Source: Nemertoderma westbladi
Taxonomy: Eukaryota; Animalia; Xenacoelomorpha
Assembly (NCBI GenBank): GCA_032718475.1
Contig: JAUCBJ010004447.1
Span: 1 to 45,565, forward strand
DNA length: 45,565 nt
Reading direction: 5' to 3'
The position numbers and the translations under genes are program-made. Below, piece by piece: positions 35,592 through 45,565 of the stretch. Every line of letters begins with the position of its first letter. The first letter of the stretch is position 1. The notes under the pieces were generated by a model, which ran no database searches, was not told the DNA's origin, and was given only the letters and a program-made list of their open reading frames with translations.

Positions 35592-35696
35592 AGTTACGCC
35601 GCATAAGCAAATCAATCCTAGTGATTACTACACTCTCTCCCAGACCGGTGTGATTCATGTCTGCGATGGCGATTCAGAATACACAACATTGGAAGG
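35592..35696 (+). CDS. DNAH6: DNAH6 coding exon 6
   Basis: ctctcag|A..GG|gttagt; VTPHKQINPSDYYTLSQTGVIHV..EYTTLE; phases 2/2. Confidence 0.9.
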
Positions 35697-35900
35697 GTTA
35701 GTGTAATATATAGCAGTCTCATACTAAATACTGAAAGTTTTTGTCACATTACTTAAAAGGGTTTAGTTTATATGTGATGACCGGTAGAGTTTTTGTTACT
35801 GGAGTGTGTTGATGGTATGTGTGGTGTTGTATCTCGCGTTGAATTATAATATAATATATCGCTGCATCAAAAACTAAAGACTAAAATCTGTTTAATATAG

Positions 35901-36063
35901 GTGGGAAAGAGAATACAGTAAATATTGCACTCTACGAAAGATAGCAGCGTTTAATTTATTCCGTCCGTGGAAGGCCTTTACAGTCTGGAAGAAGAATGTT
36001 CGCGCCAAAAAGATTTCTCTATACAGAAGACGGCTGCAATCGGATCTGTTCATAGTTAATGAT
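35901..36063 (+). CDS. DNAH6: DNAH6 coding exon 7
   Basis: atatag|G..GAT|gtaagt; WEREYSKY..FNLFRPWKAFTVWKKNVRAKKI..LFIVND. Confidence 0.93.
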
Positions 36064-36521
36064 GTAAGTTCGTTATTTATCGCGGTATTATTATTTGGGA
36101 ACGTTTTCTACATTTCATGGTTTTTGGAGCTTTTTATCTTTTTAATTGTGCGTTTTACTTTTTTTAGTTTATTTTTATATAACACTTTTTTTCTGTCGGA
36201 ATTTTTTTTATAAATAACAGAATTGAATAACCCTCTGTTAGCGGGTTTAATTGTTTTATTAATACCCGTCAAATTGGTAGTCAAAATGGACCTGGTAGTT
36301 TCTTTAATTAAAAAAAACTGCAGGTTTGCTTAGACACTAATAATAATACACAATTACAATAATAACTAACAGTTTGTTATAGTAGGCCCTAAGTTAAAAG
36401 GGGAATATTGTTGCCGACAATGGTACCACCAGTGACGCAGTTCTGAATTTATAACAGATTATTTATTTACTCTCTCATTGTCTTTCCCATATACTATTTA
36501 TGAATGACATCGATATTTCAG

Positions 36522-36656
36522 TCTCTGCGTCCTGCTCTACTCAACATACGGGAGATGTGTTACAAGATATCGGACATGGCCCTGTGTAAGATTGAGAAGC
36601 AGCATACCTACACATTGGATTCCTTTAGAGAGGCTCAGTTCCATCAGCTGGAAGAG
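36522..36656 (+). CDS. DNAH6: DNAH6 coding exon 8
   Basis: tttcag|TCT..GAG|gtgcgt; SLRPALLNIREMCYKISDMALCKIEKQHTYTLDSFREAQ. Confidence 0.93.
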
Positions 36657-36931
36657 GTGCGTTATGGTGATAGACTTACTTAAGTTCACTAAGTGGCCCG
36701 TCGCGTACTTAATGACACACTTAACATAGTAATTTCCAATTCAATTCGTTTCCAACACCCCACCTATAGAAGTGTCGATACAAAGAGTTGTTATAGTTGC
36801 ATTTGATTGGTCGGAACATTGACTTCCTATTGGCTGTTCTGCTTTCCCTTACAGGTTAATGATCGTTACACTGTCCTGCTATTGGTTGCTCTGCTTTCCC
36901 CTCCTATTGGTTGCTCTGCTTTCCCTTGCAG

Positions 36932-37055
36932 GTTATTGGTCGACTGAGCGAATTCCGAGAGTTAGTTAAGGGCGTTGTCCGGAGCGCTTGTCGCACCGCC
37001 CTTCTCGAGGCCGGATTCACACCAGATGATTATTTTATGGACCCAGACCAGGACG
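36932..37055 (+). CDS. DNAH6: DNAH6 coding exon 9
   Basis: cccttgcag|GTT..G|gtgagt; VIGRLSEFRELVKGVVRSACRTALLEAGFTPDDY. Confidence 0.93.
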
Positions 37056-37262
37056 GTGAGTGTTACGGTCACTGATTGGCTCATTAATATGTCTCCCATC
37101 GCAAATTGGCTGTTATATTATGAAACATCAAAGTTTTTCCGTAAAGATTAATTTTTATTGTTACACCAGCAACGTATTATAGTTAATTCTTGTTTTTCTG
37201 CTTGATTTTTTCCGATAAATTACGTATTTGTTTTTGATTTCGAATTTAATTGCTTGTTGCAG

Positions 37263-37383
37263 ACGAGTTTCCCGGTTCCGGGACCAGTTACCTTGGCAAT
37301 GCGGAATTTGCAGGAGATTCCGCTGACAAGATGACCTACACGGAGCAAGCCAATAAACGGAAGCGTTGTAAGAGACTGAGCGC
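37263..37383 (+). CDS. DNAH6: DNAH6 coding exon 10
   Basis: gttgcag|AC..GC|gtgagt; ..DKMTYTEQANKRKRCKRLS; phases 1/2. Confidence 0.9.
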
Positions 37384-37484
37384 GTGAGTGACTTAATTAT
37401 AATTACCCGCTTAGTCATTTGCCTCATTATTACTTATTGTACAATGTACATGTATGGTGGGAATCCTAGTTAGAAGAATGACAT

Positions 37485-39341
37485 CCCACCGGGAGGCTAC
37501 CCTAACGCCCGTCTCTCCTCCCACCGGAGGCTACCCTAACGCTTGTCTCTCCTCCCACTGGAGGCTACCCTAACGCCCGTCTCTCCTCCCACCGGAGGCT
37601 ACCCTAACGCCCGTCTTTCCTCCCACCGGAGGCTACCCTAACGCCCGTCTCTCCTCCCACCGGAGGCTACCCTAACGCTCGTCTCTCCTCCCACTGGAGG
37701 CTACCCTAACGCCCGTCTCTCCTCCCACCGGAGGCTACCCTAACGCCCGTCTTTCCTCCCACCGGAGGCTACCCTAACGCCCGTCTCTCCTCCCACCGGA
37801 GGCTACCCTAACGCTCGTTTCTCCTCCCACTGAAGGCTACCCTAACGCCCGTTCTCCTCCCACTGGAGGCTACCCTAACGCCCGTCTCTCCTCCTACCGG
37901 AGGCTACCCAAACGCTCCCATCTCCTCCCACCGGAGGCTACCCTAACGCTCGTCTCTCCTCCCACTGGAGGCTACCCTAATGCCCGTCTCTCCTCCCACC
38001 GGAGGCTACCCTAACGCTCCTCTCTCCTCCCACCGGAGGCTACCCTAACGCTCCCATCTCCTCCCACCGGAGGCTACCCTAACGCTCGTCTCTCCTCCCA
38101 CTGGAGGCTACCCTAACGCCCGTCTCTCTTCCCGCCGGAGGCTACCCTAACGCTCCTCTCTCCTCCCACCGGAAGCTACCCTAACGCTCCCATCTCCTCC
38201 CACCGGAGGCTACCCTAACGCTCCCATCTCCTCCCACCGGAGGCTACCCTAGCGCTCGTATCTCCTCTCCCGGAGGCTACCCTAACGCTCCCATCTCCTC
38301 CCACCGGAGGCTACCCTAACTCTCGTCTCTCCTCCCACCGGAGGCTACCCTAACGCTCCCATCTCCTCCCACCGGAGGCTACCCTAACGCTCCCATCTCC
38401 TCCCACCGGAGGCTACCCTAATGCTCCCATCTCCTCCCACCGGAAGCTACCGTAACGCTCGTCTCTCCTCCCCCGGAGGCTACCCTAACGCTCACATCTC
38501 CTCCCACCGGAGGCTACCCTAACGCTCGTCTCTCCTCCCTCCGGAGGCTACCCTGACGCTCCAATCTCCTCCCACCGGAGGCTACCCTAACGCCCGTCTA
38601 TCCTCTCACTGGAGGCTACCCTAACGCTCGTCTCACCTCCCACCGGAGGCTACCCTAACGCTCCCATCTCCTCCCACCGGAGGCTACCCTAGCGCTCCCA
38701 TCTCCTCACACCGGAGGCTACCCTAACGCCCGTCTCTCCTCCCACCGGAGGCTACCCTAACGCTCGTCTATCCTCCCACCGGAGGCTACCCTAACGCCCG
38801 TCTCTCCACCCACCGGAGGCTACCCTAACGCTCGTCTCTCCTCCCACCGGAGGCTACCCTAACGCCCGTCTCTCCTCCCACCGGAGGCTACCCTAACGCC
38901 TGTCTCTCCTGCCACTGGAGGCTACCCTAACGCCCGTCTCTCCTCCCACCGGAGGCTACCCTAACGCCCGTCTTTCCTCCCACCGGAGGCTACCATAACG
39001 CCCGTCTCTCCTCCCACCGGAGGCTACCCGAACGCCCGTCTCTCCTCCCACCGGAGGCTACCCTAACGCCCGTCTCTCCTCCCACCGGAGGCTACCCTAA
39101 CGCCCGTCTCTCCTCCCACCGGAGGCTATCCTAACGCCCGTCTCTCCTCCCACCGGAGGCTACCCTAACGCCCGTCTCTCCTCCCACCGGAGGCTACCCT
39201 AACGCCCGTCTTTCCTCCCACCGGAGGCTACCCTAACGCCCGTCTCTCCTCCCACTGGAGGCTACCCTAACGCCCGTCTTTCCTCCCACCGGAGGCTACC
39301 CTAACGCCCGTCTTTCCTCCCACCGGAGGCTACCCTATCGC
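37485..39341 (+). repeat. 34-bp minisatellite (CCACCGGAGGCTACCCTAACGCCCGTCTCTCCTC), about 55 copies, in DNAH6 intron 10
   Basis: Unit read directly; ends about 32 nt upstream of the acceptor at 39373. Confidence 0.95.
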
Positions 39342-39373
39342 TTGTTTGTCACATTATTTTTCTATATTTTTAG

Positions 39374-39554
39374 ATTTATACGCCTTGCGGATTACCTTAT
39401 AGTAAACACAATGCATGTATTAGCCAATAACTCAGTGTCAACACTCCTCAACCATTACACTAAACTCCTCAATCAGACGCCATCTTACGACGTGATCGAG
39501 CAATGGGCAAAGGAGCTGCAAGGAAGTATTACCGACAAAAAGGAAGATGATGAG
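39374..39554 (+). CDS. DNAH6: DNAH6 coding exon 11
   Basis: tttttag|A..GAG|gttagt; FIRLADYLIVNTMHVLANNSVSTLLNH..TPSYDVIEQW. Confidence 0.93.
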
Positions 39555-40319
39555 GTTAGTTCTCATTGGTCCAATTTATTGATTGAGTTGGTAAACTAAA
39601 TAAAAAAATGATATCTTTTCAATATATATATATGATTCATACTCAAAGATTATCCCTCTAAATGAATAAAATAATGTTAAATTGAGCACTTGAGTTATAT
39701 TTAGCAAGCGGTATCTTGAAATATTGTCGTTTTCTATTATTTTTTTTATTAGTCGCGTGCACAGTGGCACAGCACCAGACAGGCTGGCATTTAATATAAT
39801 ATAATGATAAAATTTCAAATAAAATACGGACATATAAAACGCACATGTTTAAAGTCGACTCGGAATATATATATCTATAGCAACATCAAACTAATTAATA
39901 TATACAGATAATCAGGTCACTGCACTCAGCAGATTAACAACGAGGGCTATGTAACCAATATACTCATTAAAACTGACCATTAAAAAAAAGAAATAAAAAG
40001 ATTTAAAAGATACAGACAATCCGGTCGCTGCACTCTGCAGATTAACAAAGGCTATAGGACCAATATACTCATTCATGATAAACAATATATCCCATTGCCA
40101 GGTTTAAAACAGTTCAAAAGATATTCGTAACTTATCGTATCATTCGTAACTTCTACTAATCAGTAATCATACCAAACGAATCTCTTGTTTTCTTAACACA
40201 AAGTAAACAATTTACTTTCTCTCTATCTCGCTCACGCTCACCCAAAGTTGCAATCTTAATTTAACACATTATGTAGTATTTGACAAACACTAATATGTTT
40301 ACATTCACTTTGGTTTCAG

Positions 40320-40531
40320 TCGACACACTCAGAGGAAGAGGAGGACAGTAAGATTAAGGTACCTTCTCCTATGTTCGTTACTGAATTAGTTCTAGAACCG
40401 CACCAGCTCAGTTACATTCCCGATCTGGATCTATTCCTGGAGGGAACCACAGGAATTATAAAACATTACCAGGAGGCCGTCCTCAGTGTGGAAAACCTTG
40501 TTCCGGACACTTATTTCGACGCGTTCACTAG
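40320..40531 (+). CDS. DNAH6: DNAH6 coding exon 12
   Basis: tttcag|TCG..AG|gtgagt; PMFVTELVL..AVLSVENLVPDTYFDAFT; phases 0/2. Confidence 0.92.
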
Positions 40532-40708
40532 GTGAGTTCCGGACGCCAACTTGGACACATTCACTAGTGGGAGTACCGAACACAAACATGAATGTGTTCA
40601 CCAGGTGAGTATCGAACACAAACTTGGATGTTTTCATCAGGTGACCAACAAGCAAAGCAAAAAGTCGGCCGAAGCCGTATGCGACCCGAAAGCTCCTCTT
40701 CTGATAGC

Positions 40709-41244
40709 TGCTACCCGAAGGTAGGGGTGGGCGCTACTCCTATCTGCTACCCGAAGGTAGGGGTGGGCGCTACTCCTATCTGCTACCCGAAGGTAGGGGT
40801 GGGCGCTACTCCTATCTGCTACCCGAAGGTAGGGGTGGGCGCTACTCCTATCTGTTACCCGAAGGTAGGGGTGGGCGCTACTCCTATCTGCTACCCGAAG
40901 GTAGGGGTGGGCGCTAATCCTTTCTGCTACCCGAAGGTAGGGGTGGGCGCTATCCTATCTGCTACCCGAAGGTAGGGGCGGGCGCTACTCCTATCTGCTA
41001 CCCGAAGGTAGAGTGGGCGCTACTCCTATCTGCTACCCGAAGGTAGGGGCGGGCGCTACTCCTATCTGCTACCCGAAGGTAGGGGTGGGCGCTAATCCTT
41101 TCTGCTACCCGAAGGTAGGGGTGGGCGCTACTCCTATCTGCTACCCGAAGGTAGGGGCGGGCGCTACTCCTATCTGCTACCCGAAGGTAGGGGTGGGCGC
41201 TACTCCTATCTGCTACCCGAAGGTAGGGGCGGGCGCTACTCCTA
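40709..41244. repeat. 36-bp minisatellite (CTGCTACCCGAAGGTAGGGGTGGGCGCTACTCCTAT), about 15 copies
   Basis: Unit read directly; grows out of the interspersed-repeat fragment starting at 40649. Confidence 0.93.
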
Positions 41245-41355
41245 TATATAAGTATAATACAGCTATAATAGTTGATGGATTTTTAATTTGTATTTTATTA
41301 TATTAATCATTTCATATTGGTTAGTATTTTTATTTTATTTGTTTGGTATATTTAG

Positions 41356-41575
41356 ACCGCTAATCAACGGGAAATACGAAGAGAAAAGTTGCGGCGACGG
41401 TCCCTCATTGGCTGGAATGTTTGAAGACGATCGACATCTCCAGGGTATCATCCACAACATCCGCGAGGCCATTAAATCGTCCTTCGAGTCGGCCAACCAA
41501 TATTCCGAAACGTTCGACAAGTTCCGTGTATTCTACAACGAGAACGAGTCCATGGATGTGGACAGTGTCGCTAAG
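41356..41575 (+). CDS. DNAH6: DNAH6 coding exon 13
   Basis: tttag|A..GCTAAG|gtcagt; PLINGKYEEKSCGDGPSLAGMFEDD..FDKFRVFYNENESMDVDSVAK. Confidence 0.92.
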
Positions 41576-44066
41576 GTCAGTGTCCAAAGTGTTCTACAAG
41601 AGTCCATGGATGTGGACAGTGTCTCTAAGGTCAGTGTCCCAAGTGTTCTACAAGAGTCCATGGATGTGGACAGTGTCGCTAAGGTCAGTGTCCCAAGTGT
41701 TCTACAAGAGTCCATAGATGTGGACAGTGTCGCTAGGGTCAGTGTCCCAAGTTTTCTACAAGAGTCCAGAATGTGGACAGTGTCGCTAAGGTCAGTGTCC
41801 CAAGTGTTCTACAAGAGTCCATGGATGTGGACAGTGTCGCTAAGGTCAGTGTCCCAAGTGTTCTACAAGAGTCCATGGATGTGGACAGTGTCGCTAAGGT
41901 CAGTGTCCCAAGTGTTCTACAAGAGTCCATGGATGTGGACAGTGTCGCTAAGGTCAGTGTCCCAAGTGTTCTACAAGAGTCCATGGATGTGGACAGTGTC
42001 GCTAAGGTCAGTGTCCCAAGTGTTCTACAAGAGTCCAGGGTGTGGACAGTGTCGCTAAGGTCAGTGTCCCAAGTATTCTATAAGAGTCCATGGATGTGGA
42101 CAGTGTGGCTAAGGTCAGTGTCCCAAATGTTCTACAAGAGTCCAGGATGTGGACAATGTCGCTAAGGTCAGTGACCCAAGTGTTCTACAAGAGTCCATAG
42201 ATGTGGACAATGTCGCTAAGGTCAGTGTCCCAAGTGTTCTACAAGAGTCCATAGATGTGGACAATGTCGCTAAGGTCAGTGTCCCACGTGTTCTACAAGA
42301 GTCCATAGATGTGGACAATGTCGCTAAAGTCATTGTCCCACGTGTTCTACAAGAGTCCATGGATGTGGACAGTGTCGCTAAGGTCAGTGTCCCAAGTGTT
42401 CTACAAGAGTCCATGGATGTGGACAGTGCCTCTAAGGGCAGTGTCCCAAGTGTTCTACAAGAGTCCATGGATGTGGACATTGTCGCTAAGGTCAGTGTCC
42501 CAAGTGTTCTACAAGAGTCCATGGATGTGGACAGTGTCGCTAAGGTCAGTGTCCCAAGTGTTCTACAAGAGTCCATGGATGTGGACAGTGTCTCTAAGGT
42601 CAGCGTCCCAAGTGTTCTACAAGAGTCCATGGATGTGGACAATGTCGCTAAGGTCAGTGACCCAAGTGTTCTACAAGAGTCCAAGGATGTGGACAGTGTC
42701 GCTAAGGTCAGCGTCCCAAGTGTTCTACAAGAGTCCATGGATGTGGACAGTGTCGCTAAGGTCAGTGTCCCAAGTGTTCTACAAGAGTCCATGGATGTGG
42801 ACAATGTCGCTAAGGTCAGTGACCCAAGTGTTCTACAAGAGTCCAAGGATGTGGACAGTGTCGCTAAGGTCAGCGTCCCAAGTGTTCTACAAGAGTCCAT
42901 GGATGTGGACAGTGTCGCTAAGGTCAGTGTCCCAAGTGTTCTACAAGAGTCCATGGATGTGGACAATGTCGCTAAGGTCAGCGTCCCAAGTGTTCTACAA
43001 GAGTCCATGGATGTGGACAGTGTCGCTAAGGTCAGTGCCCCAAGTGTTCTACAAGAGTCCATGGATGTGGACAGTGTCGCTAAGGTCAGTGACCCAAGTG
43101 TTCTACAAGAGTCCATGGATGTGGACAGTGTCGCTAAGGTCAGTGACCCAAGTGTTCTACAAGAGGCCATGGATGTGGACAGTGTCGCTAAGGTCAGTGA
43201 CCCAAGTGTTCTACAAGAGTCCATGGATGTGGACAGTGTCGCTAAGGTCAGTGCCCCAAGTGTTCTACAAGAGTCCATGGATGTGGACAGTGTCGCTAAG
43301 GTCAGCGTCCCAAGTGTTCTACAAGAGTCCATGGATGTGGACAGTGTCTCTAAGGTCAGTGTCCCAAGTGTTCTACAAGAGTCCATGGATGTGGACAGTG
43401 TCTCTAAGGTCAGTGTCCCAAGTGTTCTACAAGAGTCCATGGATGTGGACAGTGTCTCTAAGGTCAGTGTCCCAAGTGTTCTACAAGAGTCCATGGATGT
43501 GGACAGTGTCTCTAAGGTCAGTGTCCCAAGTGTTCTACAAGAGTCCATGGATGTGGACAGTGTCTCTAAGGTCAGTGTCCCAAGTGTTCTACAAGAGTCC
43601 ATGGATGTGGACAGTGTCTCTAAGGTCAGTGTCCCAAGTGTTCTACAAGAGTCCATGGATGTGGACAGTGTCTCTAAGGTCAGTGTCCCAAGTGTTCTAC
43701 AAGAGTCCATGGATGTGGACAGTGTCTCTAAGGTCAGTGTCCCAAGTGTTCTACAAGAGTCCATGGATGTGGACAATGTCGCTAAGGTCAGTGACCCACG
43801 TGTTCTACAAGAGTCCATGGATGTGGACAATGTCGCTAAGGTCAGTGACCCAAGTGTTCTACAAGAGTCCATGGATGTGGACAGTGTCTCTAAGGTCAGT
43901 GTCCCAAGTGTTCTACAAGAGTCCATAGATGTGGACAGTGTCTCTAAGGTCAGTGTCCCAAGTGTTCTACAAGAGTCCATGGATGTGGACAGTGTCGCTA
44001 AGGTCAGTGTCCCAAGTGTTCTACAAGAGTCCATGGATGTGGACAGTGTCACTAAGGACAGTGTCT
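41546..44066 (+). repeat. 54-bp tandem array, 47 copies of the exon-13 donor junction (GAGTCCATGGATGTGGACAGTGTCGCTAAG|GTCAGTGTCCCAAGTGTTCTACAA)
   Basis: Donor positions from 41576 to 44057; distance 2481 = 46 x 54 - 3, with three 1-nt deletions. Confidence 0.95.
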
Positions 44067-44146
44067 CTTATACAAACTTTTTGCCCTTATACCTTTTTGC
44101 CCTGATACAAACAGGAAGACATTTTTGTTAATATTTTATAATTCAG

Positions 44147-44308
44147 GAATCTCATTCAGTGGAATATTTTGCGACGTCTCTGGATAAATATAACAACGAA
44201 CATTTAATGTGCAAAAAGATTGTCCCACAAAGGGAATTGGGTCTACTACTAGTCGATACTAAGAACCTCAAAGAGATACTAACACCCTCGCCGTTACGTT
44301 GTTTAGAG
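44147..44308 (+). CDS. DNAH6: DNAH6 coding exon 14 (gene continues beyond the window)
   Basis: attcag|GAA..GAG|gtaagt; EYFATSLDKY..LGLLLVDTKNLKEILTPSPLRCLE matches DNAH6 GLLLIDT..PSPLRCLE. Confidence 0.93.
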
Positions 44309-44332
44309 GTAAGTCAATAGTGGTACTTATAT

Positions 44333-44600
44333 GTGGGGCGAGCCACGAAGTGAGTGAGCCTTAGCGTAGTGGTACCATTAATCAACCTGTCGTTCTGTCG
44401 TTCTGTCGTGTTCAATTTTAAACGTTAATAACTCGGCCAATCTTTGATGAAATCTATCCAAACTTGGTACACATGTTGTTTGGCAAAAGTTTAGAAATTT
44501 TCCAAGTAGAATTTCCGTGTGGCCTTCGAGAAGCTAAGATAATAGCAGTTAATTAGTTAATTAAGTTGATTGCGGTGAAAACGCCATTTTCAACCTGCCT
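44333..44600 (+). mobile_element. Interspersed element related to 12872-13386 (right boundary uncertain)
   Basis: GTGGGGCGAGCCACGAAGT..GAGCCTTAGCG matches the reverse complement of 13351-13386, followed by a (CTGTCGTT)n repeat. Confidence 0.5.
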
Positions 44601-45565
44601 TTTAAAGGAAATTAATTGTTTTACAGTATAAGATTTAAATAATTATACTTAAAAATTATACAGATATAATCCCCATACGCCATTCTATTATAGTTTTTAA
44701 TTAGTTTAAGTGATTTGCTTTAATAAATGTGTCTTTAATTGATCTAAACGTAATTAAACCGCACAATTATTGAGTACAAATTTAATCCTTCCCATTATTG
44801 GTCAAGTCTCTGCTGGTGTGGAGCTAGCTGCTGGGAGTTGTGGCTGTAGACTAACCTGAGAGGAATTGTAATAGAGGCAACCAGTATTGCTATTCCAGCC
44901 CAATCACTGAATTGTGTTTATTATAGGCTGGACGGGCCGCATAACCGTTCGACTATTACTACTATTGCTATCTCAGTTAAATGACAGATATAATAACATA
45001 AATACAATCCATGGCATGGCTGTTGTAGGCTTCTGAAATAGTTTATTCCACAATGTATATGTCTGGTTATTTTTTAATTGAATTTTTGCAAAGTAGTAAA
45101 ATTAATGTTCTTAAAAATAATATTATTATTTTATATGTAACCTAGGAAATTAGCTACATTTTTTCGCTGCAGCTTTAAGAGTGTACATTGATTTAATATT
45201 ATTTCAATACCCATATTACTACATCGGCATAAGATGCGTTGGCGTTGTATCACACATCTCCACATATCACACATCTCCACATAGATGTATCAACAGTTAC
45301 TCGCACAGTTTCGAAACTTCGCATAGTTATAACTGTATAAAGATCGTCAGTCTGCGTTTAGGAAAAATATTTTATGACAAAACAGGACAAGCGACGAGCG
45401 CAACGAGGCATATAATGAAGACGAGTACTGCGTTGACTAAATTATTATATAAACCACCTGGCTTCACATATTGATCGCATCCCTAGTTATTATTATTATA
45501 AAGATCGTCCTAGCTTGCGTTTAAGAAATATATTTAAATACAAAACAGGACGAACGCAAAGAGGC

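Noticed and set aside
37485-39341. Telomeric repeat (CCCTAA)
   Set aside because: Single CCCTAA per 34-bp unit, not tandem hexamers.
39903-40073. Short diverged duplication (~65 bp, 110-bp spacing); a similar one at 45338-45556
   Set aside because: Ordinary local duplications, not at identifiable splice sites and with no further structure visible.
42115-44131. ORFs of 539-660 aa on both strands
   Set aside because: Products of the 54-bp codon-multiple repeat. They are cut off from exon 13 by frameshifts and a stop, and DNAH6 homology continues directly from exon 13 to 14.

Overview
AT-rich eukaryotic (animal-like) genomic DNA with spliceosomal GT-AG introns, about 60% tandem repeat. It holds two divergently transcribed genes. 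One is a 3-exon C2H2 zinc-finger gene (10 fingers) on the minus strand (1759-8611). The other is the first 14 coding exons (about 688 aa) of an axonemal dynein heavy chain matching DNAH6 on the plus strand (10758-44308, continuing past the window), with an RFX X-box upstream. A complete 2.76-kb DDE transposon (TAC..GTA ends, ~235-bp TIRs, 6-bp TSD ATAAAC, IS3EU-like) sits in dynein intron 5. The key observation is that the large minisatellites are amplified splice junctions of the host genes. Dynein intron 4 (13949-32213, 18,265 nt) is 228 tandem copies of its own donor junction, a 107-nt ordinary core intron, then 228 tandem copies of its own acceptor junction. Only the outermost pair gives an open reading frame. 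Other introns show donor, acceptor and branch-point amplification at different stages of decay. Most long ORFs in the supplied track are repeat artefacts. All counts and coordinates were derived by hand.
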